59,620 nt of DNA from a virus (Duplodnaviria; Caudoviricetes): the IMG/VR virus record IMGVR_UViG_3300009507_000020, positions 1-59,620 of that record; one strand, 5' to 3'. The notes under the pieces were generated by a model. That model did not search any database, was not told the DNA's origin, and saw only the letters and a program-made list of their open reading frames with translations. Within the stretch, counting starts at the first letter, position 1. Each line of letters opens with the position of its first letter. A program made the position numbers and the translations under genes. Positions 19,677 through 28,636 of this stretch are shown piece by piece.

Positions 19677-20042
19677 GTGATTAAGTTTTTAAGTTTTGTG
19701 GTGGATTCGTGGCGTTCAGTCATGGACGTTCGTTTCAACCCTTTAAGGTTCATTAACGAACCGGTCTTACAGTCGTACCTCATGGTGGTGTTGTTTGTCA
19801 TGTGGAGTGCTTTCTTTGGTCTGATTGCAATCTATTACCTAGGTTGGTTAGGTTACAGCATTCCGGTAAGTATCGTAGTACACATGTTAATCATTGTACC
19901 TACTGTAATCACCAATGGGGTGTTCTTGGATGCAGAAAGAACTAACGCTGCATGGTTGTCAGACTTCAAACGTCGCGAGTCTTTGATGTCTTACATGCGT
20001 GGTAAACCAGTTGTCCAGTGGGATATTGATAAAGAGGCGTAA
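19677..20042 (+). CDS. two-helix membrane protein
   Basis: AGGAGG SD; W.SVMD.RFNPLR motif and two hydrophobic segments. Confidence 0.7.
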   Translation: MIKFLSFVVDSWRSVMDVRFNPLRFINEPVLQSYLMVVLFVMWSAFFGLIAIYYLGWLGYSIPVSIVVHMLIIVPTVITNGVFLDAERTNAAWLSDFKRRESLMSYMRGKPVVQWDIDKEA

Positions 20043-20044
20043 CT

Positions 20045-20581
20045 ATGTATAGAACTCTCCTCGCTTGTATAACTTTAGTGACGATTGTCATGTATGCTAA
20101 TGCAAGTACGTTTGATGATGGTCTTGTGATGGACAACTCTTTGGAATATCGATCAAAAGATCTGCATTGTTTAGCGATGAATGTTTATCATGAATCAAGG
20201 TCAGAAAACCTAGCGGGCAAATATGCAGTTGCCGATGTAGTTATGAATCGGGTACGGGACGACAGATATCCAAGTGATGTCTGTTCAGTCGTATATCAGG
20301 CAGAGACTAAACCCTCTTGGAAAGATCCGGACGTTCTTATACCCAAAAGAAATCGTTGTCAGTTCAGTTGGTATTGTGATGGCAAGAACGATGACGCAAC
20401 CGATACAGATGCATGGGAAGAATCTGTGTATATTGCTTATAGAATGTTACACGTAGGTAAGTTCCGTGGTATCACAGAGGGTGCCACCCATTATCACACG
20501 ACCTATGTCAATCCATATTGGGCTCCATCCCTACAACAAGTAGGGACTATCGGATCCCATATCTTCTACCGTCAAGACTAA
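20045..20581 (+). CDS. SleB-like cell wall hydrolase (Hydrolase_2)
   Basis: N-terminal hydrophobic signal; CLAMNVYHESR, VADVVMNRV, CQFSWYCDG, GATHYH, IGSHIFY. Confidence 0.9.
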   Translation: MYRTLLACITLVTIVMYANASTFDDGLVMDNSLEYRSKDLHCLAMNVYHESRSENLAGKYAVADVVMNRVRDDRYPSDVCSVVYQAETKPSWKDPDVLIPKRNRCQFSWYCDGKNDDATDTDAWEESVYIAYRMLHVGKFRGITEGATHYHTTYVNPYWAPSLQQVGTIGSHIFYRQD

Positions 20582-20615
20582 TATTCATAAAAAGAATGTT
20601 CATTATAACAAAACG

Positions 20616-20680
20616 GTCTAAGAAAAGTGTTGCTTTTGTTCTCAAAACATGAGATAATAGTACCCTATTGAGATGAGAGA
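20616..20680 (+). promoter_or_regulatory. repeated early promoter module, copy 2
   Basis: GTCTAA-8nt-TTGCTT (20630) - 17 nt - GATAAT (20653), then AGTACCCTATTGAGATGAGAGA. Confidence 0.78.
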
Positions 20681-20687
20681 TTAAGTT

Positions 20688-21035
20688 ATGAAAACACGAT
20701 TTGATAAAGAACAGTTTGTTTGGGACGGTATGTACTTGATGTACCGTGGTCGTCACAGTAAGTCTGTGAACATGGAGGTCGCAAGACCTGATTGTCACCC
20801 ATCTTGGCATGGTAAACCCCAACCACTTTTCATTGCGCGATTTAAGTACGGGTCTAAACCTTGGAAGTCGTGGGTTAACTTCCTAGTAAAGAAAGTCGCT
20901 GTCGAAGATTATATCGAGTTGGTTGAAGAAACTTCACCAATGCAAGCGATGGAATATTTGGGTTGGAAACCAAGAAAGAAACGTCAACCCCCACGCAGTC
21001 TGCGTAATGGTTTTGGTATTGAGAGGATAGTCTAA
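20688..21035 (+). CDS. hypothetical protein
   Basis: ORF after the promoter module; F.WDGMYLMY...FIARFKYG. Confidence 0.7.
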   Translation: MKTRFDKEQFVWDGMYLMYRGRHSKSVNMEVARPDCHPSWHGKPQPLFIARFKYGSKPWKSWVNFLVKKVAVEDYIELVEETSPMQAMEYLGWKPRKKRQPPRSLRNGFGIERIV

Positions 21036-21036
21036 T

Positions 21037-21522
21037 ATGAAATATGTAGTTCACACACAGTTCCGCGAAAACTATGGTGCCCATGATTGGGACGGTACGG
21101 GCGAGTGCCCGCAGTACTGGAAGTCCAAGGGTGGTAACACCTACGTCGTCGAGGTGAACCTCGAACAGGCGCAAACCGAGTCGTTCTACGAGTCAGTGGC
21201 TCGTTGTATCCGCCATAGTTCTGATTATGCTGAGGAGTATATCATTGGCGAGAGTCTCGTGGATGAGTGTGACTTCAAGGTGTCGGACTTCTGTGAACAC
21301 TGGGAATCTCCGGTGTACATGGATTTTGTCGAGGACGATAAGTTCTCGTGTGTTCAGTCCACCGTCATCGAGTACTCGGCCACTTGTAAGGGTCGTATAT
21401 GCACGTGGGAGCAGTCCTTGGGTGTCCAGTCTGAGATGACTACGGTCATCGAGAAGATGGATGGCACGGTTCTTCCGTATCGTGAGTTCGTCGCGGAGTT
21501 GGAGGCGGCTAAGGCGGCGTGA
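21037..21522 (+). CDS. hypothetical protein
   Basis: TQFRENYGAHDWDG.GECPQYWK.KGG motif. Confidence 0.75.
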   Translation: MKYVVHTQFRENYGAHDWDGTGECPQYWKSKGGNTYVVEVNLEQAQTESFYESVARCIRHSSDYAEEYIIGESLVDECDFKVSDFCEHWESPVYMDFVEDDKFSCVQSTVIEYSATCKGRICTWEQSLGVQSEMTTVIEKMDGTVLPYREFVAELEAAKAA

Positions 21523-21550
21523 CCGATTCTTTGAAATTAGTCAGTTTTAG

Positions 21551-21606
21551 TTGTTGACTTTGTTATCAAAACAATGTTATAATAGTACCCTATTGAGATG
21601 AGAGAG
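21551..21606 (+). promoter_or_regulatory. repeated early promoter module, copy 3
   Basis: TTGACT (21554) - 18 nt - TATAAT (21578); 27 bp ATAATAGTACCCTATTGAGATGAGAGA identical to copy 2. Confidence 0.78.
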
Positions 21607-21612
21607 TTAATT

Positions 21613-21831
21613 ATGAATAAAGAGTTACCAACCCCGTTACCCATGTCCTACATCAAGTCCGCCTACATGCGGTGGAACTATGGGAATGAGATTTCCCAAG
21701 AGTGGTGTTCCACTCTTTCCAACTTCGTTTATAACCTGCGTAAGTACTATCAGCACGACCAGTGTGTCGTTCTCTACGCAGACGTTTCAGAGTTCTGGAA
21801 CAACCCTAACCTTGAGTTTCACCTTCGATAG
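21613..21831 (+). CDS. hypothetical protein
   Basis: ATG 21613 is positioned like the starts that follow promoter copies 1 and 2. Confidence 0.6.
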   Translation: MNKELPTPLPMSYIKSAYMRWNYGNEISQEWCSTLSNFVYNLRKYYQHDQCVVLYADVSEFWNNPNLEFHLR

Positions 21832-21840
21832 GAATACCTT

Positions 21841-22074
21841 ATGTTCAATAAAAACATGATCTTTAAGCGCAACGAGACTGACCAAACTTTCACTTACTTC
21901 TACAACCGTACTCGTGATGTCTTCACGACACGTCTAGAGTTTCTCCAGATGGAGGGTGACACTGACATGATCATCTGCGACAACACTTTGTCTGCCCAAG
22001 ATGTCGATGTCCTTTTCAACTCGATCTACGGTGATGAACAGTATGCTTACCATCCGGATCTGAATGTCGCATGA
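21841..22074 (+). CDS. hypothetical protein
   Basis: AGGA SD; tight packing. Confidence 0.6.
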   Translation: MFNKNMIFKRNETDQTFTYFYNRTRDVFTTRLEFLQMEGDTDMIICDNTLSAQDVDVLFNSIYGDEQYAYHPDLNVA

Positions 22075-22250
22075 TAAAGTTTAACGCTGGCGACTTTGTC
22101 TATGGCCCTTCCCCGCTTGGTTTTGAGTACCGAGCGGTGTATCAGGTTATCGAACAAACCAACCCTGATCGGGTTCTCTGTCGTTCTTTTATTCACAAGA
22201 TCGAGTATGTTTATCCCGTCGCGGATTTGGAGTTCATTCATGAAGGATAA
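22071..22250 (+). CDS. small hypothetical protein (59 aa), not in ORF track
   Basis: ATGA overlap; MIKFNAGDFVYG...YPVADLEFIHEG*. Confidence 0.6.
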   Translation: MIKFNAGDFVYGPSPLGFEYRAVYQVIEQTNPDRVLCRSFIHKIEYVYPVADLEFIHEG

Positions 22251-22725
22251 GTTTACCAAGTTTTTTATGGAGATTGCTCACTCCACTGCAAAACTGAGCA
22301 CTGCAAATAAAGCACAAGTGGGTGCGGTCATTGTCAAAGATGATCGCATCATAAGTATTGGGTACAATGGTATGCCTTCTGGGTGGTCTAATGAATGTGA
22401 GGAGTGGGTTGCTAATGATGGCGTTACCTTCAAAGTCCATGAAGAAGACAAAGACATCTACGGTCACTATAAATCTAAACCAGAAGTGCTTCATGCGGAA
22501 GCTAATGCAATCACCAAACTTGCGAAGTCAACCGAGTCGGGTGAAGGTGCAACCATGTTTACGACACACTTGCCGTGTATTGAGTGTGCCAAATTGTTAT
22601 ATCAATCAGGAATAGAGACGGTTTACTATGATATTGAATACAATGCAAGTAGGGGAAAAGGTAAAGACTTTCTTCAGAAAAGCGGAGTTCAACTTAAAAA
22701 ACTGGGGGATGATAATGTCCAGTAA
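22240..22725 (+). CDS. cd: dCMP deaminase
   Basis: VGAVIV, GYNGMPSG, HAEANAI, PCIEC; start placed at ATG 22240. Confidence 0.93.
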   Translation: MKDKFTKFFMEIAHSTAKLSTANKAQVGAVIVKDDRIISIGYNGMPSGWSNECEEWVANDGVTFKVHEEDKDIYGHYKSKPEVLHAEANAITKLAKSTESGEGATMFTTHLPCIECAKLLYQSGIETVYYDIEYNASRGKGKDFLQKSGVQLKKLGDDNVQ

Positions 22726-22864
22726 AAAGTTTTTTGTATATGGTGTGGTATATCCTATTGCCTTTTTGTGGGATTTGGTGTACTATATCATAACTGGGAT
22801 CTACAATGTTGCGACATGGGTAGATGAAAACGGTGGTGAATATTTGGAGTCTAAACTCAAGTGA
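22715..22864 (+). CDS. small membrane protein
   Basis: MSSKKFFVYGVVYPIAFLWDLVYYII; overlaps both neighbours. Confidence 0.55.
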   Translation: MSSKKFFVYGVVYPIAFLWDLVYYIITGIYNVATWVDENGGEYLESKLK

Positions 22865-23451
22865 ACATCTTTTATCTAGATCCGGATCCAATCCGATGTG
22901 CTGAACAACACTGCGACAAACACGTCGTAAAAATGATCGTCGAGTACGCTCAGTTGATGTCTACAGCACATCGTATTATCGACGGTACCGAGTGGGAAGG
23001 TCGTACTACCAAGGGTCATCGTATCCGTCGGTTCTTTCACCCCGACCCTGACATGCAAGAGAGTCTGTACAAGGCGTGTCACCTCAATCATCCCTCAGCA
23101 AGATGGGTACGTCAGTCTGCGGCAAACTATGGGTGGTTGTATGAGATGTGGGTTGCATTGTGCCACGAGTATACTCACCGGTATGGTCGTAAACATCTGA
23201 CCCAACTTAAACTGGAGTACACGTTGTTGATTCCACCACTGGCAATCAATGCGGAGAAACGGTTCACCCAACCTACTCCTGCAATGGCGCAGTTCCCTCA
23301 CTGTATCGTCGAAGGTGATTCACTTGCCTCGTATAGACAGTTTTACTGGGAAGATAAATACGCATTCGCAAAGTGGACAAATCGTCCTAAACCTGAATGG
23401 TGGATTAAGTATGAATGGGAAAGGAGACAAACAGAGACCATCCTCGGTTGA
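22861..23451 (+). CDS. pyrimidine-dimer DNA glycosylase / endonuclease V-like protein
   Basis: MNIFYLD.DP...HCDKHVVKMI.EYAQ, H.NHPS..W, EY..RYG..H, YR.FY. Confidence 0.75.
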   Translation: MNIFYLDPDPIRCAEQHCDKHVVKMIVEYAQLMSTAHRIIDGTEWEGRTTKGHRIRRFFHPDPDMQESLYKACHLNHPSARWVRQSAANYGWLYEMWVALCHEYTHRYGRKHLTQLKLEYTLLIPPLAINAEKRFTQPTPAMAQFPHCIVEGDSLASYRQFYWEDKYAFAKWTNRPKPEWWIKYEWERRQTETILG

Positions 23452-23602
23452 TGATCAGCAAGTTGCTGACAACTGGGATAGGATCTTTGGTAAGAAAGAC
23501 TTTTGGACGCATGATTGTCCGATGGATAGGACATCGATATCCATTGCCAAAGGTCAACATTGTAATTGGTGCGGTATAAATGAGAATGGAGAACTAGATT
23601 AA
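23411..23602 (+). CDS. small protein with H/C zinc-finger-like motif
   Basis: GKGDKQRP...NWDRIF...HDC...CNWCG. Confidence 0.6.
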   Translation: MNGKGDKQRPSSVDDQQVADNWDRIFGKKDFWTHDCPMDRTSISIAKGQHCNWCGINENGELD

Positions 23603-24327
23603 TGTCTACACTGAAGATTACCGGTTTTAATACCAAAGCAAGAAAGAAGAAAAAACCACTTCCGCGTCGTCAAATCAAGACGTTGATACCAGTCCCAAAA
23701 TGGGACACCCTAAAGAAGGCGAAGACCGAAGAAGAACAGATCGCTGCCTTCAAAGATTGTGAGGCGTTTGTTCACGGTGAAGTATCCGAGAAGGAATGGT
23801 TGCATTCTATGAAGAAGTGGATCCGTGATCACTCTGGATTCGGTGTAGATATTCGTGCGTTACCAGACATATACATAGTATCTGTTGCTAAACAAGGATG
23901 GAAAGCAATACGTCTGGGGTTTATGCCAGATTCATACGTTGAGTCTTTGCGTAGGATTCTAATTCCTATGTATGATCGTGCGGAACAAACCCGTGCAAAC
24001 ATGCATCGTGAACCACCAATCCACCCTAGTCTTCAAGATCTAGACGATGATCACAAACTGCATCCGGATAAAGTTAAAGTATGGATTGCTGCATGGAAAG
24101 ATGGGAAGTATACTGACGCTGTGTCTAAAATGTATATTTCTAACATGCAATCTTATCTTCGGACTGGATGTTGGCAAGATGACTGTTACGGATTAAACCG
24201 TGACAAAAGAATTACCCCAATATGTGTCGCCCTTGCTTATGATAAGGATGGCTTTGCCAAACGAACTGTAGGAGTATATTACCCTGATTTATGCAGAGTA
24301 TGGAAAGGTGAAGGGATTGATGACTGA
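23602..24327 (+). CDS. hypothetical protein upstream of gp33
   Basis: 241-aa ORF coupled to both neighbours; YISNMQSYLRTG.W motif. Confidence 0.7.
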   Translation: MSTLKITGFNTKARKKKKPLPRRQIKTLIPVPKWDTLKKAKTEEEQIAAFKDCEAFVHGEVSEKEWLHSMKKWIRDHSGFGVDIRALPDIYIVSVAKQGWKAIRLGFMPDSYVESLRRILIPMYDRAEQTRANMHREPPIHPSLQDLDDDHKLHPDKVKVWIAAWKDGKYTDAVSKMYISNMQSYLRTGCWQDDCYGLNRDKRITPICVALAYDKDGFAKRTVGVYYPDLCRVWKGEGIDD

Positions 24328-24574
24328 GGTCGTCGAACCCGAATTAAAAGATGTGGTAATGACCAAGAAACGTTTTCAAACCATGATCGAAGAAGTGGTT
24401 ATAAGACTGGATATGAATTACCTTGACTCAATAATTTACCTATGTGAGAAATACACAATCGAACCTGAAGACTGCAAGAAGTATATCAGTCCGGTCATCA
24501 AGGGTAAACTGGAGGCAGATGCAAAACGTCTCCGGTACATCCAACAGGACGATTCGGTATTACCCATAGACTGA
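24320..24574 (+). CDS. gp33: late transcription coactivator
   Basis: F...IEE.V....MNYLDSII.LCE...IEPE....IS..IK.KLE.DA; located upstream of gp32. Confidence 0.85.
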   Translation: MTEVVEPELKDVVMTKKRFQTMIEEVVIRLDMNYLDSIIYLCEKYTIEPEDCKKYISPVIKGKLEADAKRLRYIQQDDSVLPID

Positions 24575-24586
24575 CGAGAAAAAAAC

Positions 24587-25660
24587 ATGTATACGTTTAC
24601 TAGTGAGAGTGTTAGCGCGGGACATCCAGACAAAGTCGCAGATGCGATATCGGATGCCGTTGCAAACCATCTTATTAATTATAATGAGAACAACCGTGCA
24701 GCAATCGAGACTATGGTCACCACCAATTTGGTAGTGTTATCGGGTGAGTACAAAAGTGATAAGTTCAACGAAGATCAGATCGCACAGATTGTTAGGGATA
24801 CTGTTAAAGAGATCGGTTACGAACAGGATGGTTTTCATTGGAAAAACTTAGAGATCATCAACAGGCTGCACGGTCAGTCACCGGACATCGCACTAGGTAC
24901 CGATAATTTTGGTGCGGGTGATCAGGGTCTTATGTTTGGTTATGCAACTAAAGAAACACCGGACTATATGCCTCTCGCAATCAATCTCAGTCACGATATT
25001 TTGATTGGTGTCCTGAAGTACCTGCCATATGGCCCTGATGCGAAGGCGCAGGTGTCTGTGGATTATGATTCCGTTGGTAGACCCATACGTGTCAACAAGG
25101 TTGTCTGTAGTGTTCAACATAGAGAAGATCAGGACATCGATGAAACACGGGGTGTTGTTCGGGGAGTCATGGAACGAATCTTATCGTTCTGGGCAGATGA
25201 AGACACAGAGTACCTGATCAATCCTACCGGTAAGTTTGTCATTGGTGGGCCTGATGGTGATGCGGGTGTTACCGGTCGTAAGATCATTGTTGACACCTAT
25301 GGTGGATATTGTCCTCACGGTGGTGGTGCATTCTCAGGTAAAGATCCTACTAAGGTAGATAGGTCAGGTGCATACATGGCACGTTACCTTGCAAAAAACA
25401 TTGTACATTCCAAAGACGTGGATAACTGTACAGTACAACTGAGTTATGCGATTGGTGTTAAAGAACCAACCAGTCTATACGTATATGCAGACGGAAAGAT
25501 CCGAGAAGATTTGGTAGACTTGATAAAAGACCATGTAGATTTAACACCGCGTGGAATAATTGATAGGTTTAATTTGTTTAAAATAGATCTTACTCAAGCA
25601 ACCAACTATGGTCATTTCGGTAAGGACTTCTTGCCTTGGGAGAAACTTGACCTCTTCTAA
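24587..25660 (+). CDS. metK: S-adenosylmethionine synthetase
   Basis: FTSESV..GHPDK, GAGDQGLMFGYA, GRKIIVDTYGG...HGGGAFSGKDPTKVDRS. Confidence 0.97.
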   Translation: MYTFTSESVSAGHPDKVADAISDAVANHLINYNENNRAAIETMVTTNLVVLSGEYKSDKFNEDQIAQIVRDTVKEIGYEQDGFHWKNLEIINRLHGQSPDIALGTDNFGAGDQGLMFGYATKETPDYMPLAINLSHDILIGVLKYLPYGPDAKAQVSVDYDSVGRPIRVNKVVCSVQHREDQDIDETRGVVRGVMERILSFWADEDTEYLINPTGKFVIGGPDGDAGVTGRKIIVDTYGGYCPHGGGAFSGKDPTKVDRSGAYMARYLAKNIVHSKDVDNCTVQLSYAIGVKEPTSLYVYADGKIREDLVDLIKDHVDLTPRGIIDRFNLFKIDLTQATNYGHFGKDFLPWEKLDLF

Positions 25661-26012
25661 GAACGCACTGTTACCTTATGGTACTAGTTCAAATATGCCC
25701 GCGATTGAGTTACCGGACAATGATTTGTTCTTATCTCAACGCGGGTCTCTCGCACGTAATTACTTTGAAAACAAAATAGATCTATTGAATGCAGAATATA
25801 GAAAATTGGTAGAGCTTGCCAATTTGAACGAATTAGTGTATACTGCATCCTATAACTTCACACCTCGGGTAGGAGTGGAGTACCATCTTTACCGTATTGA
25901 CGGTAAGGTGATTCTAAGTTTGATTGAACCTGAACGTTGGGATCAAGAGTTCTTAGGGTCATATGTATTCACTGCTGATTCTGTCTGGCAACCACTTGCC
26001 AAACCGGATTAG
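25608..26012 (+). CDS. DUF2452-like protein
   Basis: LLPYGT...PAI, YNFTPRVG.EYHLY, LSLIEP.RW; start uncertain. Confidence 0.6.
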   Translation: MVISVRTSCLGRNLTSSKNALLPYGTSSNMPAIELPDNDLFLSQRGSLARNYFENKIDLLNAEYRKLVELANLNELVYTASYNFTPRVGVEYHLYRIDGKVILSLIEPERWDQEFLGSYVFTADSVWQPLAKPD

Positions 26013-26024
26013 TTTTGATACTAT
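25996..26024 (+). promoter_or_regulatory. sigma70-like promoter for gp32
   Basis: TTGCCA - 17 nt - TACTAT. Confidence 0.55.
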
Positions 26025-26095
26025 ATACATTGTCACGTATACTGTGACGACAAATAAACTAGAAACTATACATTGTTCATACAAGGAAAAAACAT

Positions 26096-26977
26096 ATGTC
26101 ATTTGCAAACCTTAAACGTAACCGCAACAACATCTCTGATTTAGTTGCCGCTGCCACCCCCGAAACCAAAGACAAGAAATCTTATATTGACGAACGTCAG
26201 TGGAAACCTACTGTTGATAAAGCAGGTAATGGTTATGCTGTAGTTCGCTTCCTGCCTGGCAAGGATGGAGACGTTCCATTCGTACGATATTGGGATCATG
26301 GTTTTAAAGGGCCAACTGGTCAGTGGTACATCGAACGATCTTTGACTTCTATTGGTCAACAAGATCCTGTATCAGAAATGAACAGCGAGTTATGGGCGAC
26401 AGAGTCTGACGACAACCGTGCGATCGTTCGCGAACGTAAACGTCGTCTACACTATGTTTCCAACATCATAGTCGAGTCTGATCCATCTAACCCTGAGAAT
26501 GAAGGTAAAGTATTCCTTTTTACTTTTGGTAAGAAGATCTTTGATAAGGTCATGGACATGATGCAACCACAATTCCAAGATGAAGAACCGGTTAATCCGT
26601 TCGACTTCTGGGAAGGTGCATCGTTCAAGTTGAAGATTCGTAACGTCGAGGGATATCGTAACTACGATAAGTCTGAGTTCGCATCACCCACCGCATTGTC
26701 AGAAGATGACGAAGTGTTGGAAGGTGTCTACAATAAGTTGCACGATCTAAACGAGTTTACTGATCCTGCTTCTTACAAGACTTATGATGAGTTGAAGTCT
26801 CGTCTTCAGATGGTTCTTGGTGAGGCGCCAAGGGCGATACCAACCACTCAGCAGGTAGCACTGGATGAAAGCCTTGAGCCAGCGCCAATGAAATCGAGTA
26901 GTGCTCCAACGCCTGAGGTATCTGAAGGCGACGAAGACACGATGTCATTCTTTGCCAAACTCGCGAACGAAGACTAG
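26096..26977 (+). CDS. gp32: single-stranded DNA binding protein
   Basis: DKAGNGYAVVRFLP, HGFKGPTGQWYIE.SL, FGKKIFDK, NPFDFWEGA.FKLKIR, NYDKSEF, acidic tail. Confidence 0.97.
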   Translation: MSFANLKRNRNNISDLVAAATPETKDKKSYIDERQWKPTVDKAGNGYAVVRFLPGKDGDVPFVRYWDHGFKGPTGQWYIERSLTSIGQQDPVSEMNSELWATESDDNRAIVRERKRRLHYVSNIIVESDPSNPENEGKVFLFTFGKKIFDKVMDMMQPQFQDEEPVNPFDFWEGASFKLKIRNVEGYRNYDKSEFASPTALSEDDEVLEGVYNKLHDLNEFTDPASYKTYDELKSRLQMVLGEAPRAIPTTQQVALDESLEPAPMKSSSAPTPEVSEGDEDTMSFFAKLANED

Positions 26978-28455
26978 GACGCATATGCACTCGCACGTGT
27001 CCCATTGTTCAGAGTCGGAGATCGCATTGATCTTTGGCTCTGGACACTTTGATTGACGTTTGATTCACTTGTGGAGTTCACAGAGTTATCCTGTATTATT
27101 ACTGGTGCGCCCTGTGAACTTCCCACATTGGTAACACTCTCTGTATTGATCGCATTCGTGATCTGATTCTCTTCATTAATTGCCTGTAACGACTCCGCAT
27201 TAAACCTTTGACGCAACACCTCAATGTTTTCAGAAGATAATGCATCCCCACCTATTACCTCAGTACCTTCTACAGTCGACACATTGTTTGTCGTTGTATC
27301 ATTAGATGTTATAGAAGAAGAACCCTCTGGTGCATCTATTCCCGCCGCGGCATACCATTCATCAGGAATTGGATTTAGGTTAATCGAACCCCCACCGAAA
27401 GTCTTACCAAACACTTCCACTGAAGGCACCTCAAACTCCAAGAAGTCTGGAGGTATCATTTTTGGGAGAAATGACTTAGTGACACTTGCAACTTGTTGCC
27501 CCGCATCTGATATCTCTAAACCATCGACGCCAAAGAAACCAGAGATCAAACTAACCACATCTCCGATAAGGTCTATAATATAATCAAAGACGCCTGCAAA
27601 GGTAAAGGAGTCTAAGAAGTTTTCTACTTTTTCGAGTCCAACTAAACCCGCAAACCAACTAATAATGTCTTTGGGTATGTCTAAGAAGATTGCGAAGAAG
27701 TCTACCACTGCCTTAAAGATCCCCCGAGTGAGTGCGCCAAGACCGGCAAGGAATCCACCAGATGACTTTGCAAACTCCTCAGTGATGTTTGTGAACAACT
27801 CATAGATTGCTACAAGGGGTGCCGCAAATCGACCTAGTAATTTGCCAACGGACTTCAGACCTCTGACTAGAGGATTGTTTGCTAATGACTTACCAAACTC
27901 CTTTGCCTTATCAAGAAAGGGTTTGAAAGGTTCCACGAACTTAGCGACATCATCTGCGATGTCTAGTCTGAAGAAACCTTTTACCATATCAAATGTCTTT
28001 TTAAAAAAGTTACCTAATGACTTGAACTTATCACCGATGAAGGTGAACATACTTCTTATGGGATTAAAGATGTTTCGGTTGATCAATTTTTCTGTCTGTA
28101 AAGCAAACCCTTTAACAAAATTAGCAGCGAACCCAACCAGACCCGCACCAATAGTCAGTATCGGTACATCACCAAAGAAGGAAGGCAACTCTTCTTTTTC
28201 TGGTTTCTTTACAGGTGATTCTTCATCCTGTACTGGTGGTTTGAGACCATTTTCCTCTCGACGTGCTTCTGCCGCAAGGCCGTACTCTTTACGCACAAGA
28301 CCAAGGAAATCTTCAAACTGTTCGTTGAGTAGTTCGAGTCCAGCGAAACTGTCACCTTCCATCTCGATCAGAATGTTGGTCTTATCAACCAACATCCCCA
28401 ACGTTTCGTTGGTTTCCATGTTTGCCAGTACTACGTCATCCAGTGTTATTGCCAT
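26974..28455 (-). CDS. putative tape-measure / baseplate hub (gp29-position) protein
   Basis: Follows gp26-gp51; amphipathic Phe/Gly-rich helical middle, Ser/Thr/Asn-rich tail. Confidence 0.55.
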   Translation of the reverse strand: MAITLDDVVLANMETNETLGMLVDKTNILIEMEGDSFAGLELLNEQFEDFLGLVRKEYGLAAEARREENGLKPPVQDEESPVKKPEKEELPSFFGDVPILTIGAGLVGFAANFVKGFALQTEKLINRNIFNPIRSMFTFIGDKFKSLGNFFKKTFDMVKGFFRLDIADDVAKFVEPFKPFLDKAKEFGKSLANNPLVRGLKSVGKLLGRFAAPLVAIYELFTNITEEFAKSSGGFLAGLGALTRGIFKAVVDFFAIFLDIPKDIISWFAGLVGLEKVENFLDSFTFAGVFDYIIDLIGDVVSLISGFFGVDGLEISDAGQQVASVTKSFLPKMIPPDFLEFEVPSVEVFGKTFGGGSINLNPIPDEWYAAAGIDAPEGSSSITSNDTTTNNVSTVEGTEVIGGDALSSENIEVLRQRFNAESLQAINEENQITNAINTESVTNVGSSQGAPVIIQDNSVNSTSESNVNQSVQSQRSMRSPTLNNGTRASAYAS

Positions 28456-28636
28456 GTTTTGCCTTCTCTTTAGCTTCTTTTTCTTCTTCCAGTGCTTGAA
28501 GTAGGAGAATGGTATGAACCTCTTTCTCCCACGGTATCATCATATCTAGTTCTGTCAATGTGTAATTATGATGCCTCTGCAACAAAAAGTTTACTTTAAA
28601 ATAATTGGAAAGCTCTTCATGCGCGAGGCATATCAA
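28436..28636 (-). CDS. gp51: baseplate hub assembly protein
   Basis: NYFKVNFLL...HNYTLTELDMMIPWEKEV. Confidence 0.8.
   Translation of the reverse strand: MICLAHEELSNYFKVNFLLQRHHNYTLTELDMMIPWEKEVHTILLLQALEEEKEAKEKAKHGNNTG

Noticed and set aside
22096-22239. N-terminal extension of dCMP deaminase
   Set aside because: Better explained by the separate 22071-22250 ORF and an ATG at 22240
27224-28504. Plus-strand ORFs of 119 and 220 aa
   Set aside because: Antisense shadows of the 493-aa minus-strand gene
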